NCBI RefSeq assembly: GCF_014635685.1
Contig: NZ_BMDH01000006.1
Coordinates: 48,318-72,317, forward strand
Direction: 5' to 3'
DNA from: Galliscardovia ingluviei
GTDB lineage: Bacteria > Actinomycetota > Actinomycetes > Actinomycetales > Bifidobacteriaceae
Length of the DNA: 24,000 nucleotides
Shown: positions 1 to 7,980 of the stretch, in pieces
Numbering within the stretch: the stretch's first letter is position 1
Layout: every line of letters begins with the position of its first letter
Notes under the pieces: model-generated
Databases searched by the model: none
Told to the model about the DNA's origin: nothing
The model's input: the letters and a program-made list of their open reading frames with translations, nothing else
Translations under genes and position numbers: made by a program

Positions 1-108
1 AATATCGCCGCCACACAAGCCAGCAACAACGACTACATCACCCTCAGTCGAGACCAATACGAACAACTCCAAGCACTCGCAAAAAACGCCATCAACAAGC
101 AACAGTAA
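1..108 (+). CDS. 3' end of a hypothetical protein (partial; starts upstream of the window)
   Basis: Frame 1 is open from base 1 to TAA at 106-108 (NIAATQASNNDYITLSRDQYEQLQALAKNAINKQQ*). Strand and A+C-rich composition match the downstream genes. Confidence 0.4.
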   Translation, partial: NIAATQASNNDYITLSRDQYEQLQALAKNAINKQQ

Positions 109-119
109 AAGGACACAAC

Positions 120-476
120 ATGCAGCAAACATGCGACATCTGCCTCCAAACACTCAATATCACGCAAACGCCACTCCTCGCCTACTACAAGAAAACCATG
201 CGCAACGGGAAAACAGCAGTCAGCTGCAAAAAAATCTGCCCTCAGTGCGCCACCAGTCACACCACAGGAGACAACCCCGACTACATCAACCCCGCGTGCA
301 GCCAATGCGGAACCCCATTCGACAAGCACGTGTTCGCAACAAGCCTATGGGACAGCAGTAAAGAATGGCAGCCCGACAACGGGTTCTTCCACATCATTTT
401 CACCCGCAACGCGCAATGGCGCATCAACAGCATGAAAAACGTCACCTGCAATAAGTGCGCCACACGACAACAGTAA
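120..476 (+). CDS. Cys-rich small protein with several CxxC pairs (zinc-ribbon-like)
   Basis: 118-aa ORF with AAAGGA 6 nt upstream of the ATG. CxxC pairs present: CDIC, CPQC, CSQC, CNKC. Confidence 0.6.
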   Translation: MQQTCDICLQTLNITQTPLLAYYKKTMRNGKTAVSCKKICPQCATSHTTGDNPDYINPACSQCGTPFDKHVFATSLWDSSKEWQPDNGFFHIIFTRNAQWRINSMKNVTCNKCATRQQ

Positions 477-492
477 AAAGGAAACAATCATC

Positions 493-702
493 ATGAGTAT
501 CACCACCATCGGCAACTATCCGACAAACGCTACCTGCGCGGCAAGCCACTGCAATAACAGCGTGGACGCGGAAAAAATCTACGACAGTGTAGAAGAGTTC
601 ACCGCCATGCTCCGCGCCCACGGATGGCAGGCAACCCCATACGAACAATACTGCCCCGTACACGCCTACACAAAACCGTCAAAACGGAAGCGGGGTGCAT
701 GA
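493..702 (+). CDS. small hypothetical protein (69 aa)
   Basis: AAGGA lies about 10 nt upstream. The stop TGA overlaps the next gene's start in ATGATG at 699-704. Confidence 0.5.
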   Translation: MSITTIGNYPTNATCAASHCNNSVDAEKIYDSVEEFTAMLRAHGWQATPYEQYCPVHAYTKPSKRKRGA

Positions 703-1157
703 TGCACGCGATACTACAAGCCAGACTAATCCAACTCGCAACCAGCACCCAACAGCATCGGGCACACGTAACCCAAACCGAAAACCGGGTGCGCAAACTC
801 AAAACCCAACTCGACCGGGCGGAACAAGTCACGGAAATAGAAACGCTCGCACGACAGCTTACGCAAGCGATAAGCAAACTACGAACCCTCAACAGCAAAC
901 TCAACCAAGAGCAAGCAGCATATGAGCGAACATGGGACATAGCGGACAAGCTCACCGAAGAAATCAGCCTCCCGACAACAGCAGCATGTGCGTGGAACAT
1001 TAACGGAACACAGTGTGAAAAGCCAACCGTAGACAACAGTAGATACTGCAAGCAGCACGCCTATCGTTGGTGTAAACAATGCCAACTCCACCATGCTACA
1101 GGAGGCAACAGTCCGCGTGCTCAATTGTGTGACCGGTGCAGAAAGGAGCAGCAGTGA
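699..1157 (+). CDS. coiled-coil protein with a C-terminal Cys-rich domain
   Basis: The ATG at 699 overlaps the previous stop. The listed 624 start would overlap the 493..702 gene in another frame. The N-terminal half is heptad-like and Q/L/R-rich. The C-terminus carries CEKP..YCKQH..CKQC..CDRC. Confidence 0.6.
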   Translation: MMHAILQARLIQLATSTQQHRAHVTQTENRVRKLKTQLDRAEQVTEIETLARQLTQAISKLRTLNSKLNQEQAAYERTWDIADKLTEEISLPTTAACAWNINGTQCEKPTVDNSRYCKQHAYRWCKQCQLHHATGGNSPRAQLCDRCRKEQQ

Positions 1158-1492
1158 ACGCGCAAACCATGCTCACTACGGTGTGCGACCAAATGGAAGC
1201 CTACCAGCTTGACCATGACGGTGAACACGTGAACACTACCGTTATCGCCATACTCAAATACGTGGAATCGCAAGACGAGAACACGAGTATCGTGGAAGCG
1301 TTACCAGACCTACAAACCGTGTACACGATGATACGGCGTATCGAAACGAACCTACTACACACTAGTGATTGGGAAGCTATTTTTTGGGAGTGGCTGTTCT
1401 ACGGGCTGCGCGATAACGAGTGTTTGCGTATGAGCTTGGCGCAACTCATGATAGTGCAGCAAATCGTGTTCAATAACGAGGAGGTGGAGTAG
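1154..1492 (+). CDS. hypothetical protein, local family A (MEAYQ..FW)
   Basis: GTG 1154 overlaps the upstream TGA (GTGA), with AAGGAG 5 nt upstream. It is a paralogue of 1492..1803, sharing MEAYQ.(D/E)HD near the N-terminus and (A/I)FW(Q/E).L(Y/F) later. ATG 1169 is an alternative start. Confidence 0.6.
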   Translation: MNAQTMLTTVCDQMEAYQLDHDGEHVNTTVIAILKYVESQDENTSIVEALPDLQTVYTMIRRIETNLLHTSDWEAIFWEWLFYGLRDNECLRMSLAQLMIVQQIVFNNEEVE

Positions 1493-1803
1493 TGTACGGA
1501 CTGCCACAACCAGTGGAGGCAAGCATAAAACTCATGGAAGCCTACCAGTCGGAGCACGACCCGAATACTCTACAGCAGGCGGTGCGAGAGCTGGAATCCT
1601 ACACGCAAACACGGGAAGCAGAAGAACCCATCATAAGCCAGCTTGGCGTGCAGCAAGCTACGGAACTCTACCAGCGGATAGCGGGCAACATTAACCGAAC
1701 CAGCGGAACGGAACAAGCATTTTGGCAGAACCTGTATATTGGAATACGATACACGGAATACGTGCCATACGCGCTCAAACAACTCCACAAACTGCAACCG
1801 TGA
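1492..1803 (+). CDS. hypothetical protein, local family A
   Basis: GTG 1492 shares a base with the upstream TAG. GAGGAGGTGGAG lies just upstream. Paralogue of 1154..1492. Confidence 0.6.
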   Translation: MYGLPQPVEASIKLMEAYQSEHDPNTLQQAVRELESYTQTREAEEPIISQLGVQQATELYQRIAGNINRTSGTEQAFWQNLYIGIRYTEYVPYALKQLHKLQP

Positions 1804-1813
1804 ACTCTACTCA

Positions 1814-1869
1814 TGCGGCAGTCAATGCGAAAACTAGCCCCACAGTGCACTACAGCATAGTATTAAAAC
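1814..1869 (+). promoter_or_regulatory. repeated promoter cassette, copy 1
   Basis: TGCGGCAG 1814-1821, AAACTAG 1831-1837, CTACAGCA then TAGTAT 1858-1863 followed by TAAAAC. The box1-to-hexamer gap is 36 nt. A G-poor leader and AGGAG precede ATG 1909. Confidence 0.55.
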
Positions 1870-1908
1870 TACACACGCAAACAGGTACACGCACGTTAGG
1901 AGCACATC

Positions 1909-2466
1909 ATGGAACCGAATCAGAACAACACTCTACGCCAAGAACTCACTGTATGGGCAAAATTATGGCTCAGGTGGGTTGATGATACCGTATCCCTTGA
2001 CGAGGAAGAGAGGGACGTTCTTGTCGAATTGGCTACGCGCAACCGTGAACTCCGTGACGTGTTCATTTATTCCGCTGTAAGCCACCTGAACATTGAAGAG
2101 CTTATAGCCTTATACAATCCACGAACAACCCACCATGAACTGGGTCGCATGATTAAAAAATCATGGAAATCGCCATTAAACTTGGAGCGCGTGCAGCTTG
2201 TATTAACTCGATTAGATGAGCTTGTGCAAGGCTTAGACATCACGGACGATAACCAGATTATGTTGGACACTGTGCGCGGATATATCGCGTACTGGAGTGC
2301 TCCACTAGTTGAGGACGGAGCGAAGCAGGTTGAACGGTATGTTGAGCATATTGACAGTTTGAAGCCTTACGCCACAGACCCCAAGAATACGATTATGGCT
2401 GAGATTATGCGCTACGGGGTTGAGCATGAAGTGTACCCGACTGGAGTGTTAGAACAAGCAGCGTGA
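1909..2466 (+). CDS. hypothetical protein (185 aa)
   Basis: AGGAGC RBS 7 nt upstream. The gene sits between promoter copy 1 and a terminator, so it appears monocistronic. Confidence 0.65.
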   Translation: MEPNQNNTLRQELTVWAKLWLRWVDDTVSLDEEERDVLVELATRNRELRDVFIYSAVSHLNIEELIALYNPRTTHHELGRMIKKSWKSPLNLERVQLVLTRLDELVQGLDITDDNQIMLDTVRGYIAYWSAPLVEDGAKQVERYVEHIDSLKPYATDPKNTIMAEIMRYGVEHEVYPTGVLEQAA

Positions 2467-2486
2467 TAGCTTGAACGTGCTCGCTG

Positions 2487-2520
2487 GTGGCTAGTAGAAA
2501 CGGCTAGCCACTACTGTTTT
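2487..2520 (+). terminator. intrinsic-terminator-like hairpin
   Basis: GTGGCTAG (2487-2494) pairs with CTAGCCAC (2504-2511) around a 9-nt loop. TACTGTTTT follows. Confidence 0.5.
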
Positions 2521-2575
2521 GCGGCAGCCAGTAGAGAAACTAGTACCCATCATGTTTACAGCCTAGTATTAAAAC
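2520..2575 (+). promoter_or_regulatory. repeated promoter cassette, copy 2
   Basis: TGCGGCAG 2520-2527, AAACTAG 2537-2543, TTACAGCC then TAGTAT 2564-2569 followed by TAAAAC. The gap is 36 nt. The leader TATACACAAACAAAGTTACACGCAAATAAGGAGC runs to ATG 2617. Confidence 0.55.
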
Positions 2576-2616
2576 TATACACAAACAAAGTTACACGCAA
2601 ATAAGGAGCAGGAATC

Positions 2617-3027
2617 ATGACCTACAAGATTGACACTATCCTCATGCAGACCATGCGCGCGCTCGACCGTAACATTCCACGAGGCTACAACTATGGTGTG
2701 GAAATCAATGAGGAAATGAGCACCAACACCACAACCTACTATCGTATTGAGATAGAAAAACGCTTGTCTGAAAACTACACTGCTAGAGCACTCATTAACT
2801 ATGACGTGACCAATAAGCGCGTAGAATCCGTGTCTTTTGTAAACCATCGTCTACACCAACGCGACTGGTATGGTGGCGTGCGAATCCTCAGGGGCAGTAA
2901 AAAGCTCACGTTGCGTCACGCTTTGCAGCTCATGCCTGAAAGCATACTGCTACTTGACGCTAAGCAGGCGTGTGAAGCGAATGACTTGTATGTGGATATG
3001 CTGCGCGCTGAACGTAATTATCTCTAA
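2617..3027 (+). CDS. hypothetical protein, local family F
   Basis: AAGGAGC RBS. The C-terminal part LTLRHALQLMPESILLLD and the terminal AERNYL are shared with 3442, 10708, 11543 and 6169. Confidence 0.65.
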   Translation: MTYKIDTILMQTMRALDRNIPRGYNYGVEINEEMSTNTTTYYRIEIEKRLSENYTARALINYDVTNKRVESVSFVNHRLHQRDWYGGVRILRGSKKLTLRHALQLMPESILLLDAKQACEANDLYVDMLRAERNYL

Positions 3028-3062
3028 ACAGGCGCGTTCGCACAAGTGAAGGAGGAATCTCT

Positions 3063-3350
3063 ATGGAAAAGGATGGCAGGAAAGCGAAATTCCTAAGAAA
3101 ATACTATGGTCGCGGGTTTGACGCTCACATGGTCTATCTCGATTACTTGTATCGTGGACATGAATACACGGTGTATGAGAATCGAGCCCGAGGCAATGAG
3201 CCGTTAGCGTGGCAACATCGTTCCGCACAGGCGCGGATAGACATGCTAATCGAGGAAGAGAATAGACCGAAGAAACCGTACCGGTACGAGGATTCAGCTG
3301 ACGCCGGTTTCGACCTATTCTGGCGACTCGTTGAGGGTGATGAGGAGTGA
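3063..3350 (+). CDS. hypothetical protein (95 aa)
   Basis: GAAGGAGGAA RBS 7 nt upstream. The composition is basic then acidic. I do not recognise a family. Confidence 0.65.
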   Translation: MEKDGRKAKFLRKYYGRGFDAHMVYLDYLYRGHEYTVYENRARGNEPLAWQHRSAQARIDMLIEEENRPKKPYRYEDSADAGFDLFWRLVEGDEE

Positions 3351-3441
3351 GCTACTATATCTAACCATGCTACTGGTGTGCTAAGCGCATGGGTTTGGCA
3401 CACCACTCTAGAGCATATACCTCTTGTAAAGGATACATATT

Positions 3442-3858
3442 ATGGAAACCACAATGATAAGCACTATGCTGAATGCCGTGCAGGATACGCTCAATTGTGA
3501 GGCGGAACGCTTACTGCGCCCTTATGTGTCTGACGATTACGAAATTACCGCGGAATTTTACGGAGACGAATTTTACAGCATTGATTCCATTAAAATCACG
3601 GTGATTCACCGTGACGATAATGGCGTGCGCGATGTGACATTGATAGCGGACGCGGAGAGAAACTATCTCATCAATAGCGCGAACGTAACCTATTTCAGGC
3701 ACGGATACGGCAACCGTAAAGGCTGGAAGAACCCGAAAACCACCCTAGAGCATATCGCGCCACGTATTCGTGAAGCGTTACGCTGGCTGGAGGCAGGCGA
3801 CACGGAACAAGCAAGCGCATACCTCGCGGGATTAACTCATTCCACATACACCAATTAA
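3442..3858 (+). CDS. hypothetical protein, local family F
   Basis: AAAGGA lies upstream. It contains AERNYL and TTLEHIAPRIREALRWLE, matching the family F motif. ATG 3454 is an alternative start. Confidence 0.6.
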   Translation: METTMISTMLNAVQDTLNCEAERLLRPYVSDDYEITAEFYGDEFYSIDSIKITVIHRDDNGVRDVTLIADAERNYLINSANVTYFRHGYGNRKGWKNPKTTLEHIAPRIREALRWLEAGDTEQASAYLAGLTHSTYTN

Positions 3859-3869
3859 GGAGCACCATC

Positions 3870-4376
3870 ATGCAATACACTATTTTTAGAGACCACAATG
3901 TCACGGTAGTGCATGTCACCACAGCGGACGATAAGAGCGTGCACGACCGTGAACATATTTGCGCTGGCTTTTATCTTACAGAAGATGATTATAAGACGAT
4001 TGCTCGCGAGTTCGGTATCCCTGTCGATAACGTTAATGATTTTATCGATATCATTAAAAATTGCATGGTGAAAACCGAAGAACACTACCAGTGCGAATGG
4101 TTTCCCAACAACGCCATTGAAGGCTACGACATTCGCTGCCGCTACGCGGTTGTATGGGCAGGTAAACTCACTGAGCGTGCTCTTCTTTTCATAACTGTGA
4201 AGGATAGGAAAATGTGCCTCTACGACAATGCGGAAGCGCAACGTTTAGTAGACGAGGACAGTTTAAGACGCGCTCAAGCACGATACCAGTCTGAGCTTTA
4301 TGAAGCGGAGTTGGAACAGCAAGCGCTCGATGACGCTTTTTGGGGCGAATGTCACCGGTCTGTTCGTGAGGCTTAA
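3870..4376 (+). CDS. hypothetical protein (168 aa)
   Basis: AAGGAGC RBS 7 nt upstream, only 11 nt after the previous stop. Confidence 0.65.
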   Translation: MQYTIFRDHNVTVVHVTTADDKSVHDREHICAGFYLTEDDYKTIAREFGIPVDNVNDFIDIIKNCMVKTEEHYQCEWFPNNAIEGYDIRCRYAVVWAGKLTERALLFITVKDRKMCLYDNAEAQRLVDEDSLRRAQARYQSELYEAELEQQALDDAFWGECHRSVREA

Positions 4377-4473
4377 CTGGAGCGGATTTCCCAAGCGGAG
4401 CGAGTGAAGAAAGAGCGTGAAGAGCTTGAAGAGAATCAACGGTTGTCCCATCATCTTTTTTGAGGAGGTCATC

Positions 4474-4851
4474 ATGAGAGCAGTTCAGCCAAAAATTGTC
4501 ATCGCTAAAATTCAGCGTCAATACTGGAACGCCATCGCACGAGGTGAAAAAACGCTTGAAATACGCGATGAATACATTCCTGCGCAATACATGGTGTTCA
4601 CTGACCTAGAGGGCGAGCGTGTGTATGGTGTTTGTCGAGTTAAGGGTATTACTACGCTGTCTGCCGGTTTGGTTGAGCTGCCTATTGGTGCTTGTTGTAC
4701 GGTTGCACAGTTGGCTGCGTGTTACCCTCATGCGGTAGATGAGGGGTGTACGGTTCGTCCGTTGTATGCGTATAGTGTTGAGCTACTATCTTGCGAGGCA
4801 GTGTTTACGAGGGTTATGCGAGAAAGCTCGGGATTTTTAATCCCGAGATGA
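4474..4851 (+). CDS. ASCH-like (PUA-fold) domain protein
   Basis: GAGGAGG lies 6 nt upstream of ATG 4474, so the listed 4417 start is an extension. The N-terminus IAKIQRQYWNAIARGEKTLEIRDEY matches the ASCH pattern (x..I..G.KT.E.R). The call rests on motif memory, not a search. A strong hairpin sits at the 3' end, CTCGGGAT 4827-4834 pairing with ATCCCGAG 4840-4847. Confidence 0.55.
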   Translation: MRAVQPKIVIAKIQRQYWNAIARGEKTLEIRDEYIPAQYMVFTDLEGERVYGVCRVKGITTLSAGLVELPIGACCTVAQLAACYPHAVDEGCTVRPLYAYSVELLSCEAVFTRVMRESSGFLIPR

Positions 4852-4910
4852 ATCACGCGGGACGCATGAACTACAAATAGCAACAGTCAATCGAAAAAAA
4901 GGAATACATT

Positions 4911-5579
4911 ATGAATACATGGATTATTCTCGCAGACGGCTCAGCGTCAAACAGTGATGGCACTACGTTGAGCGCTGAACAAGTAGAAGAGCTTGCTACA
5001 AACTATTTCGAGCGGTACGGCGAACCAAAACCAAAAGGGAATGGATACTACATCACACGGCACGGCGAACTCATTAAAAAAGTATGGAGAGGTGGCTGGG
5101 AGCATTACGACCTTGATAAGCAGGATTATACTGTATGGGCTACAGGTGAGGAAGAGACCCTAGATTGGAATGTTGTGCTCCAAGAGTTCGGTAAGGATGC
5201 CTTCCCAGTAAAGCGAGTTACTAAACCGATGCTCGCTAATCTTGCGCAATCCCCAACGGAAAAATGGACTATTCGCACAGACGGGGCAACACAATCCGGT
5301 GACAGTATTACGTTGAACGCTGAGCAAACACGAGCATTTATGCTTGCAACCTTGGAACAGTTTTTTGATGAACCAAAAGAGAAGGCGCCTTATGCCGCGC
5401 GCAATGGCGACCTACTGTGGAAAATCAGAGATGGTTATTGGTATCGTTTTACTTTTGAAGACTCTGGAGACTATCACTACATTGAAGATGGAAATTGGGA
5501 GGACATGCTGGAATCGTACGCGAGAGATGATTTGCCAGTGAAAAAACTGAGCAAACAGCTTTTCGCCAACCTTGTTTAA
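4911..5579 (+). CDS. acidic W/Y-rich repeat protein, local family C (internal 2x duplication)
   Basis: The two halves align: W(I/T)I..DG...S....TL.AEQ ... G.L..K...G.W ... (F/L)PVK(R/K)..K..(L/F)ANL. The module is shared with 6896..7978. Confidence 0.7.
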   Translation: MNTWIILADGSASNSDGTTLSAEQVEELATNYFERYGEPKPKGNGYYITRHGELIKKVWRGGWEHYDLDKQDYTVWATGEEETLDWNVVLQEFGKDAFPVKRVTKPMLANLAQSPTEKWTIRTDGATQSGDSITLNAEQTRAFMLATLEQFFDEPKEKAPYAARNGDLLWKIRDGYWYRFTFEDSGDYHYIEDGNWEDMLESYARDDLPVKKLSKQLFANLV

Positions 5580-5605
5580 TTCCGTAATAAGATTCAAGAT
5601 TACAG

Positions 5606-5661
5606 TGCGGCAACCAGCAAGAGAACATGACACTGTAATGCTCCACAGCCTACAATAAAAG
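5606..5661 (+). promoter_or_regulatory. repeated promoter cassette, copy 3
   Basis: TGCGGCAA 5606-5613, then CTCCACAGCC and TACAAT 5651-5656 followed by AAAAGC. The gap is 37 nt. The inverted repeat ATTACAGTG 5599-5607 / CACTGTAAT 5631-5639 overlaps it. The leader ATACACAAACACGCAAAGTAAGGAGT follows. Confidence 0.5.
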
Positions 5662-5693
5662 CATACACAAACACGCAAAGTAAGGAGTACACC

Positions 5694-6086
5694 ATGTCTG
5701 TTGCAATCGTAGGTAACACAGGAATTAACGCTATCGCTCACGCTGCAAGTTCGTTTATCTATGAGTATGGACAATTTCTCTCAACGGAAGAAAAACTGCC
5801 GATAACAACGTTTGATATTACAACTATTGGGCAGTACCTGTATCAGCGCAATATGGATGCTTTTAACCAGCGCTATTGCGGGGATAATCCTGCCCCACAG
5901 TTCAAGCCGTATTATAGCGATGATATTTCACCAGTATTCACGCTTGCCGCTATCGATGCTTACCTCTATCAAGTGTCCGACTTGTATGATGATAAACTCA
6001 CTTATCTGCTCACACAGGCACGCTTGTATACCATCGAAACAATGGACGGATATGACGAAGCATGGCGACAAGCCATGAGTAACTAG
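5694..6086 (+). CDS. hypothetical protein, local family B
   Basis: AAGGAGT RBS. Paralogue of 9898..10242, sharing MSVAI(V/L)GN.GI..IA.AA, LYQRN(M/I)DA(F/W)N, AY.YQV.DL.D and DGYD(E/D)AW. Confidence 0.7.
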   Translation: MSVAIVGNTGINAIAHAASSFIYEYGQFLSTEEKLPITTFDITTIGQYLYQRNMDAFNQRYCGDNPAPQFKPYYSDDISPVFTLAAIDAYLYQVSDLYDDKLTYLLTQARLYTIETMDGYDEAWRQAMSN

Positions 6087-6092
6087 TCTACA

Positions 6093-6124
6093 AGCGCTCG
6101 TATTGTTCGGGCGCTTTCTTTTTT
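6093..6124 (+). terminator. Rho-independent terminator
   Basis: AGCGCTCG (6093-6100) pairs with CGGGCGCT (6108-6115), with one G.U pair and a 7-nt loop. TTCTTTTTTT follows. Confidence 0.75.
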
Positions 6125-6168
6125 AGGGACGCATGAAGTTGTGATAACAACAAAGTAAGGGGAACACC

Positions 6169-6858
6169 ATGGAACTGAAACAACAACTTGAACAAGTAGC
6201 AACACCAATGTTCACCACATTCAAACTCAACGTGCGCACAAAAGACGGTATCACTTATGCGAACATTGAAGGCAGTATATCAAACGCTAAAAACCCACGA
6301 ATCGTGATAAACCTAGAAGTAGACGCGGGCAAACAGCTTATCAAATCGGTAAAAATATACGCGACCGACAATAGTAACGCTTTTTTCCCATGGAACATGT
6401 ACACGTGGAACGAACCCATATATGACAAGTGTCAAATACTACCCATATACAACAAGTATCGAATACTGCCTGTAGAGACATGCTTGCAACTATTACCCGA
6501 AGTTGTGCGCCATGCAAGCGCCAACCAACACGGCGCGGAACAGTCACTCTACGAAGCGTCCAAACACGTTGAAACAACCCTTCTAACATTTATCAACATG
6601 GTAGAGCATTGCGCGTCAAACGGAGAGCAAGTACACGTCTTAGATGTCAGCAAACAGGACGGAGTTTTCCGCATAGTCGTACAACCACCATACGAACAGT
6701 TCGACCGGTTTTTTCACACCACTTTGTTTGAAATCAACGTCAGTACGCTCACCCTACAGCGGGTTGCAACAAGAAGTATTAAAGGCTACTCGTCTGCACC
6801 GCACAACCTGCCACTCACTGCTATCCCGCCGGACGCGCTACGCGGACTTCTAACCTAG
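6169..6858 (+). CDS. hypothetical protein related to family F (two family-F-like halves)
   Basis: AAGGGGA RBS. LPVETCLQLLPEVVRHA mid-protein and LPLTAIPPDALRGLL at the C-terminus resemble the family F motif. It contains a 27-nt tandem duplication (6415-6441 / 6442-6468). Confidence 0.65.
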   Translation: MELKQQLEQVATPMFTTFKLNVRTKDGITYANIEGSISNAKNPRIVINLEVDAGKQLIKSVKIYATDNSNAFFPWNMYTWNEPIYDKCQILPIYNKYRILPVETCLQLLPEVVRHASANQHGAEQSLYEASKHVETTLLTFINMVEHCASNGEQVHVLDVSKQDGVFRIVVQPPYEQFDRFFHTTLFEINVSTLTLQRVATRSIKGYSSAPHNLPLTAIPPDALRGLLT

Positions 6859-6895
6859 AAGCATTCGCCCATGCCCCTATGGAAAGGAAAAACCC

Positions 6896-7978
6896 ATGAG
6901 TAACACACTACAGAATCTAGCATCCAATGTTACTGTAATCGAACACAACAACGGCGACACCGACCTCGTATTCTACACGAACGGCGTAGGATACATCACC
7001 CAAAAAATAACCATAAACAGCACACTCGCCCATCAGCTCTACCTTGAGCTCAAGCAACACTTTGAGCAGGAACTCTATGCCGAACCCGAAGAGCTCGGCA
7101 TGTACGTCACACAGCAAGGTAGTCTCCTACTCAAAGACAGGCGTGGCTGGTCATACTACACCAAGACAGCAGACGGCATAGACCAGTGGACGGGTGGCAA
7201 ATGGTATACAACCGACTGGCAGCTTGTTGTGGGCGACCTTGGAGCGGAAGCGTTCCCACTCGCGCCAATCAGCCAAGAACCGTTTGCGGAGCTTATTGCA
7301 GAAGCAAACGTGAAGGCAACGTTTACCCTACCACAAGAGCACGCGGACATACCAGAAGAACCCGTAGAGCCCGGCATGTATGCCGCACCAAACGGTCTCA
7401 CCCTATTCAAGGATGAGAACGGAGACTGGACGCGAAGAATGTATCCGTACTCGGAAGAAGAATTTTGGTGTGGAGAAATCTACCACGATATGGATGACTG
7501 GCGTGACATAACCCGGACGGTAGGCTATGGGATTTTCCCGCTGAAAAAAATAGAACTAGAGGACATCATACAGTTCGCAACCAAGCAACAAGACAAGGAG
7601 CAAAATATCACATCTAACATCTTTGAAGAACCCGAACCCGTGGGACTATATCTCACGCAAGACGGCAGAATCGTATCTAACGATGAATACGGGTACTGGA
7701 AGCTACGCACCCAAGAACTCGCATGGAATGACCCTGTTGCCGACTTGGACGAACAGCACTACGACACGGACTTTTGGGAGGATTTTGTCGAAGAGCACCT
7801 GCACGCTCGGGCGCTACCTCTCGTGCAGATAACGCCGGAAATGCTCGCCAACGCCTGCCTACAAGTAGTACACAACAGGCAAGAAGAAAACATAGAAGAG
7901 TTTATTAACCAGCCGTTCAGCAGTGCACTCATATTCCAGCAGCTCATTAACCAAACGCGAAACAACAGGAAGGACTAA
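6896..7978 (+). CDS. acidic W/Y-rich repeat protein, local family C (3 repeat modules)
   Basis: Three modules start at EPEELGMYVTQQGSL, EEPVEPGMYAAPNGL and EEPEPVGLYLTQDGR. Each ends in (F/L)PL...I......(A/F). They are homologous to the modules of 4911..5579. Confidence 0.75.
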   Translation: MSNTLQNLASNVTVIEHNNGDTDLVFYTNGVGYITQKITINSTLAHQLYLELKQHFEQELYAEPEELGMYVTQQGSLLLKDRRGWSYYTKTADGIDQWTGGKWYTTDWQLVVGDLGAEAFPLAPISQEPFAELIAEANVKATFTLPQEHADIPEEPVEPGMYAAPNGLTLFKDENGDWTRRMYPYSEEEFWCGEIYHDMDDWRDITRTVGYGIFPLKKIELEDIIQFATKQQDKEQNITSNIFEEPEPVGLYLTQDGRIVSNDEYGYWKLRTQELAWNDPVADLDEQHYDTDFWEDFVEEHLHARALPLVQITPEMLANACLQVVHNRQEENIEEFINQPFSSALIFQQLINQTRNNRKD

Positions 7979-7980
7979 CC

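Noticed and set aside
3351-3441. A possible additional degenerate promoter cassette upstream of 3442 (..CACTCTAGAGCATATACC..), with the hairpin GGTGTGC/GCACACC.
   Set aside because: Only a vague resemblance to the CACAGCxTANNNT core is present. There are no TGCGGCAG or AAACTAG boxes at the expected phase. It is too weak to call.
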